A stretch of DNA of 64,000 nt. Source: Vicugna vicugna. Taxonomy: Eukaryota. The translations under genes and the position numbers were made by a program. How positions within the stretch are numbered: position 1 is the first letter of the stretch; every line of letters starts with the position of its first letter. The notes beneath the pieces were generated by a model. The model was not told the origin of the DNA and did no database searches. It was given only the letters and a program-made list of their open reading frames with translations. Positions 38,185 to 51,760 of this stretch are shown here, one piece after another. The DNA is taken from positions 1 through 64,000 of the forward strand of contig MU058289.1 in the NCBI GenBank assembly GCA_013265495.1, in the 5' to 3' direction.

Positions 38185-38973
38185 CTGAATGGAAGCTTTC
38201 CCACATTCACAAGGTTCCTCTCCAGTATGAATTTTCTGATGAATGAGAATTTACTTTTGGCTGAAGGTATTTCCACATTTCTTACATTTGTAGGGCTTCT
38301 CTGTGTATCACCTTTCAAATGTAGAGTAAGAGATAAGGTTCAAGAGAAAACTTTATCATACTCAGTACATTCAAAGCTTTCTCTCCAACTATAAATTTTC
38401 TAATACTCAATGAAGCTTTGTTACATTCACTGGTTTCTCTCCAGTATGAATTTTCTCCTGCTCAATGAGATCTGTCATCTAGCTAAATAAACGCTTCTCA
38501 ATACTCCTTAAAAGCACAGGGTTTCTCTCTAGCCTGACTTCTACATTTAATGATGTGTGACATGAGTAAAAGTTTTCCCACAATTCAGTAAATTCATAGG
38601 ATTTCTCTCCAGTATTAATATTCAGATATCAGATGGGTTCAAATTTTTTTTAAACGAGGCATTTCCCCACTGATTCACACCTAAAGGGGATTATTACCAT
38701 AAGGAGTAAGCTGTGGCAGAATTTCCAAGCTAATTCAATTGATGATTCTTTCCTACATAGCTAAGTCTAAATTGTGTTTCAAACCCTTTCTAGGTTAAGC
38801 TGAAAAAGGTGTTGCCTTAAAAAGATATACTGTTCGAAATCAGAGGAAGTATTTTTCCAATTTTCTTAGATTCACTGCTTTTTTCATTAGTCTGTACTTT
38901 ACTGGAGCTGGATGCAACTTGCCTCCCAAGTTTTGCTGCCTCTCTATCTGCTCGTTATCTCCTCAGGCTTCTT
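38185..38973 (-). pseudogene. ZNF146 terminal-exon 5' UTR made of a decayed spacer and fingers
   Basis: Acceptor tactccattttag|AAG at 38973; [19 protein letters not shown] and TGEKSYE linkers with stops and frameshifts. Confidence 0.85.
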
Positions 38974-41489
38974 CTAAAATGGAGTACAAAGAATCATCAT
39001 TTAAAGGAGTTACTGTATAAGGTGCTTGGAACTGCGGCTGACACATGGTAAGCACTCAATGTTAGCTTTCAGTTAGCAGCATCACTTATGAATTTTCCCA
39101 TTACTAGTAATAAAATTTCAGACTGTGCTTTTGGGGGATAAACTCTGGTAGCCCATCTCATAGTATGAAAGAATCCTCATTACCGATGTTTCCAACTAAA
39201 TTTTGAGAAGAGGACCCCTGGTTGAAAATTAACCTTCATAGGTACACAAAGTTTAGATTACTGTTGAAAAATAACTAATTTCATAATCCAGCAAGTTGAA
39301 TGTAACAAAAAGTGAGGAATTAACAAATAGGATAAAGAGATGAGCACATAACATTAAGAAAGTCTACCTGGAATTCCTAAGAAAGGGAAAGGAAATACTA
39401 ACTGCTTCCTTCTAAAACTCTATTAAAGTGACAAGAAAAGGGAAAACGGCACAAACCAACAAGAAAAAAAGAATATGATAGGAGACATCAACACACAGAA
39501 ATATTAACAAAATTTCTGATATCAAAGTACATGGAAGATTTCCAACACAGAGAACAGCTGAGGAATTTCAAATAACATAAAGGTAGTGCAAAAGAGGACA
39601 CCACTGTCAAGCAAGCCAATTTGTGCCACAAAATAACAGAAAGATTCAGGAAATGGAGGGAAATCAAGTACTTCAAAAGAAGGAATAAAGGATGGTGGCT
39701 GGAAAGAAAGGATTGTCTGAGGTGCAGCTGAACCTCTACTATCAGTCAGGAGGCCAAAGGACCACTCCTTTGTATGAAATGGAAATTATTCTTTGCAGAA
39801 ATTTAATCAGTGAAGCTCCAGTCTCAGGAACACTCAACAAATGACAGGAGACAGGTGCTGTAAACTGAAATCAGCGGGAGCCATATGTAATGTGGTGAGA
39901 CTTCCAGGTCTGTCTGCAGCTGAGGCCAAAAAAAGTTGGCAACTTGTGAGCAGGATATGAAAGAATCCTTCTCTGGACAAACTGAAAGGCCCGTGAAAAA
40001 CTTAAATAGGATGTCCTCCCTCCAAAATGATACTTGTCTGTACTCATATTTTTGCCTAAACAAAGGAGCTGGCCACATGCAAGTTCACAAGAGGAAGGCA
40101 GTATAACCCTTCTGCAGGGAGAAGACCCTGAGTCCATGAGGCAGTCCACTTTTCACCCACTGAAGTCTACCAGAGACTAGAAGCACCGAGGCGCAAAAGA
40201 GCTTACCTTTCAGTCCATCACCCTTAAATATAATTGTGCAGCCAATATTCCACACATATTTGAGGAACCCCACTAAAATGAAAGATCAACATTAAGAGGA
40301 AAAAAGACTACAGAAATAAAGGTAAGGCACAGCGAACAACCCTAAAACCAATCACAGACAGTTATGAGAAGATGTTTTATCAGTGAAACAATAACAGGAT
40401 TTTGTAAGCAAGAAACGGAGAGAAAAAGGTTCCCACAGAAATTAAAACATTAGGGTGGGGGGTGGGAGGGAAGGTGAGGCAGACTGTGTTACCATTCACC
40501 AGTAACAGGGTCTCCTTAGCGCAGGATTATATTGCTTCACTCTAGCACACTCACACATGGCCAGGCACCTCATCTGGCCAATGAAAAATGAGCAGAGGCG
40601 CAGCAGTCATTTCCTGGTAGAAGCTTTAAGAAGACAGTTCGGAGAATAAGCCAAGGTAATAGCTGAGTAAAAGAAGTCCCAGAAAACACAAGGAGAAAAC
40701 TGTTTAGAGGAAATATTAAAAGAACAAAAAAAAATTCCCTCTCCTCTAAGTCATGACCCTCTAGACTTCTTAAAAGGCCCGCTGGTACCCTGCACAATGA
40801 ATGTAAGATGCATACCTGGAAACATTACTATGACATTTCAAAACAGAAAAGAGGCCATAAATGCTTTCAGAAAAAAGAACATATGTCAAAGAGGAATCAG
40901 AATCAAATTTCTCAACAGAAAGACAAGAAGCTAGAAGACAAAATTCTTAGGGAAAAATTTTAAGCTTAGCTTCTCAGTCTAATGAGATAGTCAGATGAAG
41001 GCATTTTTCAAACATGCAAAAGCCCAAAAATGCACCTTTTCTCCCAGGTTACTAGTAGAAGATGTGTTCCACTAAAATTAGTAGACAAAGAAAGCAAAAG
41101 ATATAGAATCCAAAAAGGAGGAGATGCATGGGGGAAAAAAATGAAGAAAATTTCTACGGTAACTATGATGAAAGCTGCAACGTAAGAGCTGACTATCAGG
41201 TCAGAGTACAGCCAGTCTAGACTGAAGGAGGAGGACAAAAATTCTAGAATACCTCCAAGAGGAGAAATGTAAAGAGATTTCCCAGTGCATTTGACCACGT
41301 GGAAACTAGCACCGAGAGGCCTTTGATCTAGTCTGAAGAAAGTCCAAGGGAGCCTGTGCTAAATACAGGAAACCAAGCAAGCAAACAAAAAGTATGGTAA
41401 ATACCAGTTATTTACATATGTAAAGAAATATAATTTTATACATATGCACATGTACTTCTGTTGTACGCCAGAAGAAGACAGTCAACTCA

Positions 41490-42690
41490 AGGAAAAGCAC
41501 TTGGGCAGATCATTTAAGTTGTGAGCTAAATTTAGCCACTTTTTTCATGGGGCACCATTTTTACTTTATTTCACAGAGCACCATTAATTTGCTTTAAATA
41601 AATTAATAAATGCCTCACAAACTATGGTTATTAAGATTTGGGTATTGTTTGCTGAGAACTTTCTTCAGACAGAATAAAGTAAGATAATCATCTCAAGGGA
41701 AACAACTGACAGCCCATGTTGCCAATGATTGAATTTGAGTTTTCAAGCAAAAATCGGAATTTTGGAAAACCGGTATCCTCTACCATGAGACTGATAGTTT
41801 CCCAGTACTTTAAAGATTTTTCTAGTAAGACTGGTGATGTTAACAAAATACGATGTTTTGATATTATGAGATATGTCAACATTTGAAAGATCTGCATAAT
41901 TCAGTTGGCCAATGTGTGATGTTACAAAATCATGCATGAGTAAGAGATCCATTCAAAGTTTAAGACAAACCAATGGATTTAATGTAAGAGAACAAAAATA
42001 TAGTTTAAAATTTCACATTACAGCTAATCTTGAAAAAACTACCACTTGTCAAGTGTTGGTATAGTACCAAAGGCTATTCACAATTATCTGAAAAGGCTAC
42101 TAAATCACTTCTCCCTTTTCCAACTACATCTGTGTGAAGCCACAATTTTTTAATACACTTCAACCAAAACAACAGGTTACAACAGGAGAAATGAGAATTG
42201 GCTCTCTTTTATTAATCCAGACAGTAAAGATATTTACAAATATGCAAAACAATACCATTCTTCTCACTAAACTTTTTTATTGTGGAAAACTGTTTATTTA
42301 GAAATGTAACTTAAGTTTATATGTAATTAGATTATTATTTGCGGTATTTGTTAAATTAATAAATGTTTTTAAGAAGTTTCTCAATTTTACTTCAATGAAA
42401 GTAAATGCCACAGAAGTCCACAGAAACCAAAGCTCTTTAGGGCTCCTCAAGTTTTAGGAATACAAATGTTATTGCTAATGGGCTCCAGGTTTCCTTTTAT
42501 GGTGATGAAAATGTTCTGGAAATAGATAATGGTGATGATTGCACAACTTTGTTAATATACTAAAAAAATCACTGAATTGTATACCCTGAAAGGGTGGATT
42601 TTATGTTACCTGAATTATATCTTAATAAAGCTGTTATTAAAACAACAACAAAACATGAAGAGATCCTAAGGCCAAAAAGTTTGAGAATGG
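41490..42690 (+). mobile_element. hAT-Charlie (Charlie1-like) fragment interrupted by an L1 3' end (about 42465-42650)
   Basis: tcaagggaaaacaactgacag...ttcaagcaaaaatcggaattttggaaaac; terminus ...ccaaaaagtttgagaa resumes after the L1 tail. Confidence 0.7.
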
Positions 42691-45119
42691 ATACTCAAAA
42701 CATTTCTCATTATTCATTCAAGAAATACCTTCTTCTCCCCTTACTATGTGCCTGGCACAGGTCTAAACTTCAGGGATTAACAGTATTGAACAAGACTGAC
42801 AAAATTCCCTGCCCCCATCAAGTTTACACTCTAGTGGGCAGAGAAAAATAATAAACAAACTAATAAAGGAGGTTTGCTATCAAGTTTTAAGTGCTATGGG
42901 AAAAAATTAGGGAAGGGATAAAGAGTTTCAGTTTCAGATGGAGTGGCCCCTGAGAAGGCAAGATGCAAGACATGAAGAGTGATCCTTACAGTAACTGGAG
43001 GAAGAGCATTCTAAGCAGTAAAGTAGTTCAGAGGCCCTAAGGAAAGCCCGCCAAGCGTGTTAAGGATGCAGTCAATGAGTCACAATTACACACACTATGT
43101 TCCTCACGTCCTTTGGCTTAACCTGATCCCCTCCTACTTTTTACACTTCTTAGAAGCTAAAGAACCTCCTGGAAGCAGCTCCAGTAACGTGCTCCTAAAA
43201 AGACTTCTCCAGTCTTGTCTCTTACTTTCCCTTAACTTGTAACCACAATCACATTCACTTTTCCTAAAATATTTCACATGCAGTATTTTTAAACACAAAT
43301 TCATACTTAGCTAAGTCTTAACATGTATGCTATAACCTGAGGGGCTGAACTGCAGTCACAGCGCTACTCTTCTCTTTGAATGGCTGACAGGAAGTATTTT
43401 TTAAATACTGAGGGCAATGTCAAGCGGGAAAAAAAGGAGGAGAGGACAGTTTTAGAGTTTAAAAACTAAAAAGCCTTAAACCTAGACTGGATTCTGGCAT
43501 TTGGGGAAAAAAAAACGCTATAGAAGGTATTTTGGAAATAAGTGGGGAACCCTGAACATGGACTATTCCATAATGTTAGCACACTATGACTAATCATCGA
43601 AGGTGTGATAATGGTGTTTTTGTTATGTAGGGGGAGGCCATCACCTCTAGAAAATCCACACTTAATTTTTTAGGATTCATGTTCCGGTACACACAATATG
43701 CGTGCACTGGGACAGACACATCAAACATGGCAAAACACTAATTACTGAATATATGTGATGGGTATATAGTAGATCAGTGAATTCTTCTTTCAATGATTTT
43801 AACGTTTGAAGATGTTAAGAATTGATTTTTTAAAAATCCTTCCATAACAATAATTCAAGATTATTTAACAAGTTACCACAAGATTATTTAACAAGCTTGT
43901 GTAATCAAAACTGCAGACAGAAAGAATAAAAGAGGCCTCCCTTTCAATAGGTTCATAAGACAGATTCCAGACATAAAAATTTAAAAACATGTAAGATGTT
44001 ATTTACTGAGGACTTTTGAATTTCTATGGAAAATGTGAAGGATGGAGAGGGTAACAGGTTTAAATGATAAGCAGGAACTGAATGGGTGGGGCATTTCATA
44101 ATCAAAGGCCAAGATTCAAAAAATTTTATAGAAAAAGGAAATAGGTTCACATTTATATTCATAAGGTTACAATGTCATCTCTTGATTAGAGCAAAGTATA
44201 CCTTTTAAAAGGTTTGACTGACCATATCACAAGGACCATGAGAAAAGAAATAATCCAGATATAATCTGAAAATGCTCTGAAGTGATGTCTGGACCTGAAA
44301 ATAATGAGCTGAAATCTCTAGTTTGGGTGGGATAATGATTTCACTCTCTGACACAATGAAAATGAAGCCAGTTGGACAGCTGTTCATTCTGTAAACAGGT
44401 GAAATTATGGTGGGCAAGACGGAAAACCTACGGGTGCCAAAATAAAAATGGATATTTACAGAAAGCATTACTTCTGACCCCAGAATGGATGAATCCTTTC
44501 TGGAAATTAATTTATAAAAGGCAGGAGGAAAGGCAGACTGCAGACTTCCAGCAGCCACCTCCAGTAAGAGGACAGACAGAAGGGGCGGGGGGAGCAGAAG
44601 AGGAGGAAACACTTAGATCGGTAAAGCAACATCTCAGGTCTTCAAAGATACCAATCAAGCCAAAGAGGGAGAGAATTCCTAGAGGGATGACTCAAACATA
44701 AATAGGTCCTTTCTTCTAAAATGGTAAAATAAAGACACCTCTGCTCACTTTACGTCTGGGAAGGAGAAAGAGGAAAAAAAAAAAGGGTAGCTGCATTGCT
44801 GGTAAGAGTAGTAGGTAGCTATAATTCTAATGTCTTATGAGGAAGGGTATGAGCTGGCAGCTGCCATTGCTGTTTTTAGAAGACATATCACACACAGTGC
44901 TCTCCAAAAACACAAGGCACAGCTCCAAGGGCCACATCACTACCTCCTTGTTAACAACAGAATCCAGGAATGGAGGCTGGATGCAGGAGACCAGGTGGAC
45001 CCACTAGCATCCCTGAGTGGTAAGAAAAGTAGGACTGAGCAAGGAAATGCAGAGACACCATGCCGAATAAAGCAGCTTGTCAGTATAGCAGAACAGAAGA
45101 GGTCACAACTTTCTAGCTC

Positions 45120-46020
45120 CCTGAATTCCTGACTTGTGTATCCAAACTGCCTACCTACATGTGTATGCACTGACATGACGGATCAGTAGACATGCCACAG
45201 TTAACAAGTCCAAAAGAAAACTCTTGATCTGTCTCCCAAAATTCCTGAAGCCCCTACCATCTCAGTAAATGGGAACTCATCCTCTTCCAGTTAGAGTCAC
45301 CAGTGCCTCCTCTTTCTCTCATAACTGACATAAAATCTACCAGTCAGCTATTCCTTTAAAATACCTTAAGAATCTGACTACCTGTCACTAACTACAACTA
45401 CTACCTAGATTTCTGCGGGAGCCTCCCGTTAACCCCCCCGCCTCTGTCCCCTACACTGTACTTTACAGCAGCCAAAATTCTGATCTTTTCACGCCTCACC
45501 TCAAAACCTTTTCACGGCCTCCCAAATCACTCAGAACAAAGGCCAAGTCTGTGATCTGGCCTGTTACTGAACCACACCTACTCTTACTCCCTCCCTTTTG
45601 CTCCCTCTGCCCCAGCCCACTGCCCTGATCACTATTTCTTGAACAGGAAGCTCCAGCCTTGGGGTTTTTAACAATTTTAGTTCCTTGTGGCTGAATGCTC
45701 TTTGCCAAATGCTGGCATGCCCCACTCTCGTACTCTTCAGCTCTTTTTTCAAATGTCATCCTCTTACTGAGACCTTTCTGTAACCAACTTATTTAAAATT
45801 ATAATCCCCAAATGGCCCTCTATGCCAGTTTTCCTTACTTCATTTTTCTCCATAGCAATCACCACCATCTGACAATATATTTTTTACCTATTTACTTACA
45901 GTCTGTTTTTCCTAACCAGAATGTAAGCCTCAGGAGGGAGGAATTTTTGACTACTATGACCACCGACATCTCCCTAGTACCTGAAATGGTGCCAAACACA
46001 AATCGTTCAATACTTACTGA
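45120..46020 (+). mobile_element. L2 fragment
   Basis: tatccaaactgcctac, ccatctcagtaaatgg, tcaaatgtcatcctctt, agaatgtaagcc. Confidence 0.7.
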
Positions 46021-47144
46021 ATACATAAATATACTATGTTGGTAGCAATGTAAATTGATTTATTTCTTTTGAGAACTATGTGCCTATTTTTATCAAATCT
46101 ATAAACATAACTTTGATCCAGCATTTCCACTTAGAGTAAACTATGATGTGACTGTATCTGCACATCTCTGCAAAGCAATACAGACAAGTATACACACTTG
46201 TACCTTCAATCCCATAAGCCTGGAAACAACCTAAATGTCCATTAGTAGGAGACATGTTAAACAAATTAAGTGTTGATAGAGAAAAAAAGAAAATTCTGGA
46301 CACAATAGAATACATACCACCATTTATATGAAAAGGAAAACTGAAGGCTTATATATATTCATATTTGCAGCACAGACACATAATATATGCTGGTTTATAC
46401 ATAGACTACCTCAAGAAGGATACACATGAAACTCTTAAAAGTGACCGCATCTTTGAAAAAGAACTACAGGACTGAGGGACAGAGATAAGAGACTTTCTCA
46501 CTGAATATCTTGATGTTCAAAAGTTGTTACTAATTCATGTATCATATTAAAAAATACAGACTCATACACTCATACATACATACACACACACAGCAGAAAG
46601 GCAGAACTGATTTCTAAGGCAAAAACTTCTGAAAGAGGGGTGGCAGGGAGGGAGGCAGGAGTTTGTTGATGTAAAATGGGGCACTGTGTAAGAAGACAAC
46701 AGGAAGGATGATCACAGATGTGAAACATAATGCCGAGGCATGTAATCACTGAGAGAATGAGAGGAACTGGTAAGTAATAAAAAGGAAACTAAATACCAGA
46801 CGACACGTAAAGATCTAAGACATATAAAAGACAACGCACGAGGGAAGGAGTCTACACACATCGGGAGAGGTGAGACTGAGGGTGTCGTGAAAGAACCATC
46901 ACACAGAGGCAGCACAAATGAGTGCGAAGTGCTGACATGCAGAATAGAGATGAGGGGGCACGTGGCCCTCGGGAATCTACTAAGAAGTAGACTACTGAAA
47001 GAAAAAATGTCCTTCAGGTATCCAAAGAATTCATACCAACTGATACTCTAGGACTAGGGCCTCTAAGAAAACATCCTTAAAAGCATTTCAGAGGTGGCAA
47101 TGCTGACTGCACAAGTGTGACCTGCCTGGCTGTGATTCACTCAC

Positions 47145-47238
47145 CTGCACAAATTTCTGTTCTACCTCTTCCTCCACCATCCAGAGTTCGTCTTCTTGCT
47201 TCAACAAAGGATCACACACAGCTTGGGCAGTTTATAAC
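47145..47238 (-). pseudogene. Decayed KRAB-B exon inside ZNF146
   Basis: cag|GTTATAAACTGCCCAAG...GTGCAG|gtgagt, 94 nt versus the canonical 96; GYKLPK and LKQEDELWMVEEE in different frames; aligns with 15404-15499. Confidence 0.85.
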
Positions 47239-47591
47239 CTGCTACTGGGAAAACGACACAGCACTAGAAGGTTAATGCTGGAGCCAGAGTCCTGTCCTAG
47301 AACTCGGGCTGAGCCCGGGGCCGCCGGGCCTTCTGAAGGATGAGGAGGCTGCGGTTCCCAGGACTTCACGAGGAAGAGGTCCTGTGAAAAAGAACAAAGT
47401 AATGACTTTCTGCCTTAGAGATTAAAGCACACACAACTATATGAGCAAAGGGACTAAGACTATTTGGATTCCTGAATCTCAAAGCCATACTCATTAAACC
47501 ACTTTAGGCTCCACAGATCCAGAACGGAGGAAGAAAGAGGGAATTTATTTTCAGAATTTTACTTACATAGGGAAAGCTGCCCATACCTTAC

Positions 47592-47694
47592 ACGACTGGT
47601 TCCTACAGTCCTCTAGCACCACGCTCCCACACAGCTTCCTGAGCGGATTACCTGGCAACTTATTCCTGGATGAATTCAATACTCTGATCTATGA
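47592..47694 (-). pseudogene. Decayed KRAB-A exon inside ZNF146
   Basis: ttacag|...TTCATCCAGGAATAA...GTGGTGCTAGAGGACTGTAGGAAC...|gtaagg; FIQE* and VVLEDCRN correspond to FTQEE and VMLENYSN; lies about 350 bp upstream of the KRAB-B relic. Confidence 0.72.
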
Positions 47695-50059
47695 CTGTAA
47701 CAACATAAGCCTATCAGAACCAAGCCACATGGATACAGTGCGTAGGAAGTTTTTCTTGACAGTATTCAGGAAAAAGAACAGCCAAAGTTTTCGTAGAGTC
47801 CTAATATTTACTTTGTTTGCAATATACCCTGAATGGAACTACATATTTAAAGTGTCCTGTAAATATATGTTCATCCATACATTCAAAAAGACGTTTTTAA
47901 GGACATTATTAGGACAACGGACAGAATTTGGATATGGACTTTGGATTAAATAATAGTATTGTACACTTTCTGGTTTTGATTACTATACCATGGTTAAGAA
48001 TGTCCTCGTTCTTAGAAAAACAAATGCTGTACATTACAGCTATTACAGTATTACAGTACATTAGATATTACAGATATTACAGTATTCACAGATAAAGGGA
48101 TAATGTATACAACTTAGTCTTACAGTTCAGTAAAGAAATTAAACACATATTTGCAGAGAGAGAAGGAAAAATAAAGAAAAAAAATACCAGTGTAAATGGT
48201 AAATTTGAGTAAAGGGTATATGGGACTTCTCTGTATAGACACCCTTCTCTAGAAAGGGTATATGCAAATTTTCTATAAAGCTGAAATCATTTTAAAAAAA
48301 AAGCAAAACCCTAAAAAAGCATAAGTTACTACTCATACACTCTATCTACCATGTGTGTTGAAAAAGCCTGGTCACCAATTTGTACTAGGGTGGCAGGTGG
48401 AAGGCTTAGGGCTGATTTAAACAGTAATGCACACAGAGATAAACACGAGAGGGCGAGTTGCCTAGAAACCACCTGCAAGAGGAAGGAGATCAAGTTTGAT
48501 TTGGACATTCAGAGTGTCAGGTTTCTGAGGAACATGCAGGCAAATGTATCCAACAGACAATTGCATATATAAACAAGGAGCTCAGAATAGGCCTAGAATG
48601 GAAGCAGGAATTTGTCAGTTGTCAGAATATCATTGCTGCTGAAGACCAGGGAGTAATGTTACTGTGAGTGTGGAGACAAGGAAAGGTTTCCAAGAAGGAT
48701 GGAGGCTGCTTAGTTTGAATCTTCCAAGTACTACTCCTGAAAACCATATAAAACATCAAGAATAACAGGGTGACGGGTGCGTAGCAAGCAGCTAATCCAT
48801 ACACTACAATTTTAGTGACATTAGTAGAGAGAATTTACACTAACTCTAAATTATACGTAAGTATGGCTCAAAATACTCAAAATGGCAGAAGTGGTGCAGG
48901 AACCACAACAGCGTGACAGGTGTAGTAAGAAAGACTAGACAACGGTGAGAAGTCTTTGAGGTAACAGATCCCAGAAGTAACCAGCAAATATTCATTCTCA
49001 GAACTGGGGATTCACCCCGATAAAAATTATTGTAATCAAGTCTAATAATGAACAAAACTGGTGACCAAAACCCCTCCCAGACTCCACGTGTCTCTGTGAA
49101 AGGGAAACCCAAACAGGAGGCCTAAACAGGAAGTTGCAAAGAAGCCCAGGAAGAACTGGGAATGCTGAGGGAGAGTCTGAGGGCTTAGGGAGTTCAGAAA
49201 TCTGCAGCTAATACTTCCTTACAGAATGAGTAGGCCTCACCTAAGAGGGAACTGATGAAAGCCAGACCTAGATTAAACCGAAAGAGACTGCAAGGGAAGC
49301 AGAAAAAGTAGGCTTAAAAAGTACTTGGGAGTGGGGTGACCCCAGATTTAGCAACTTCTAAAAGTGAATGCATCATCCTAGAAGGCAAGTTCCCCGAAGA
49401 CTTATGGGAGGTGGAGACAGAAGTCGGCCTCAACCAGGTTAGGGTCATGGAGCCAGAGTGGTGTGGCAGTCCTTTGCTATTAAGACACCAGAAGCGGCAT
49501 GTGAGCTTTGAAGCACAGAATACTACTATGTACTGCATACTAGGAGAATCTACCTCAAACAAACAGGAGTAAAAAAATATTTTCTTTATACTGTTTGAAG
49601 AGTATAATTTTCCAAGTTAAACTCATCTGAAAAATACTGTCACAAGCAGATAAAAAATGAAATAGAATGTAACAAAACTCATTTTTTAAAAAGACATAAA
49701 AACTTTAAGAAGCAAGCAAAGCTATAAAAAGAACACAAAGATAAATGAAGGACCTGAGTTAAGAAATGGTCACCAAAAGGAGGAAATGGAAAGAAAACAA
49801 AATAGGAATGGACATCTTACTTTTGTTCTGTTTGACTTTTTAAAAGACAGCAGTTATCAGAATTTAGAGGGATTTGTGTTTTCTTGATTAATGTGATCTT
49901 TCGTGGTTGTTGCATCTGACACATAGCTGTGGCCTCTGCCTTAAACGTTTTGTTTCTACTCACATCCCCAGAGACACAGGCAGCACTGGCACATATATAT
50001 ATTGATAGTCATAATCTATATCTCATCACCAAAGCCAGCATCTTATATAAAGCAAACAC

Positions 50060-51760
50060 TGGCAAAGGCATTTCTATTAAACTCTAAATAAAGATAAGGA
50101 TGCCCACTGCCTCATTATTTAATATAAGTAATAATTCAGTAAGTTAAGCAAGAAATAAAATCAATTTATAGGAATCAACAAGCTTTATATATATAACAGT
50201 AACTCTATTCATACTAGCAATATAAAAGATAAAGTACCTAGAAATAAACTTAGCAAAAAGTGTCTAAAACTTTAATGAAGAAAACTTTAAAACACTCCGA
50301 GGACCCAAAAGGAAACTGGAATATATAAAAGACATGTCATGTACATGGACAGGACTATTTAACATGACAAAGAGCTAATGTCCCTTTCCCTAAATTATTT
50401 TATAAATTTAATGCAGTATCAGTAAGTTTTCTTCCTAACAAGCTGATTCTAAAGTTTACATAGAAAAAACAAGCAATAGCTAGGTAACCAAAAAAGACAA
50501 GACATAAGAGGAAATTAACTATACTAGATATTAAAACAAAATTATAAAGCATATTTAATAAAAAGATAAATATTGGTATATGAATATAGACCAGACGATG
50601 GATGAATATAGTCCAGAAAGAGACAAAATACATGAGAATTTAGTATATGATCAAAATGGAATCTTAAAAGTGTTTAGGCCTTTTAATAAACAGTGTTGGA
50701 AGAACAGGTTTCCTAATAGAAAAATATAAACCTGGATGCATACCCAATATCATATGCCAGGATAAACTCCAAATGGATTAAAAATATAAATTGAAAATGA
50801 AATCCTATAAAAATTATAACTGTGTGAGGATCTGAAAGTATAGGTGAAACTTGGAGTGGAAAAGGCTTTCTGTGACCATAAATGAAGACTGATAAATCTA
50901 ACTATATAAAAATAAAAACCTCATGATTCTGCATGGTTTAAAAAAAAAAAGAAATGAACAATGTGAACAAGGTCAAAATTTAAAACTCAGAAAAAAACTG
51001 CAACTCATTTCACATAGGGCTAACGTTTCTAATATAATGTAACAGCTCCTAGAAAAAGCACCCCATAGTACAATGGGAAAAAGGATATGAACAAGACAGT
51101 TCCCAGATAAATACATGTGGTCTTCAAACATATGAAGATATTCAACCTTACAAGAGTAAACCTACACCGAGATACCAATTTTCATTCATACCTTTAGCAA
51201 AAAAATCAAATATTCAGCACTACAGTTTGATGGTAAGGTCCTAGGAGGAAAAGGTGTTCTTGTGGACTGCTAATGGAAATGAAAGTACTTAGCTCCATAG
51301 GCAATTCCACTTGTAGCAACCTACTCTGGAGATAATCTTGCATAAGTACAGAATGACAACAGATAAAAATTATTCACTACAGTAATAGCAAAAGACTGTA
51401 AACAACCCAAGTATCCAACAGCAGAATCAACTACAGCACACACACACAATGGCATCTTATTTATACAGTAATTAAAAAAAAAAAAAAAAGAGATGACTAA
51501 AAAAAGATCTCCAGGACATACTGTTAAGTGAAGAAAGTGAGGAATACAAATGTACACAGTACACATTTTATGTAAGGAAGGTGGGGAAACAGGAGGGAAG
51601 AACAAATACACATTAATGACCCAACAAACAAAAAAATCCACTTGAAGGATAAACAAGAAACAAACAAAAAAACCCCGGAAACTATATATAATTGGGAAAG
51701 AGAAGAATATGAGGAGGGAGGGAAGCAGAATGAGATTATCTCTGAGATATCGTTTTCATT
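50060..51760 (+). mobile_element. L1M ORF2 and 3' fragment
   Basis: aagtacctagaaataaactt, gctgattctaaagtttaca, gataaactccaaatggatta. Confidence 0.75.

Noticed and set aside
37668..38318. 216-aa ORF overlapping ZNF146
   Set aside because: Off-frame shadow of tandem C2H2 repeats ([15 protein letters not shown] pattern) with a TTG start
43856..43896. caagattatttaacaag repeated with a 23-bp period, and the attacag repeats near 48030-48085
   Set aside because: Small slippage duplications; no spacer-repeat array or other higher structure
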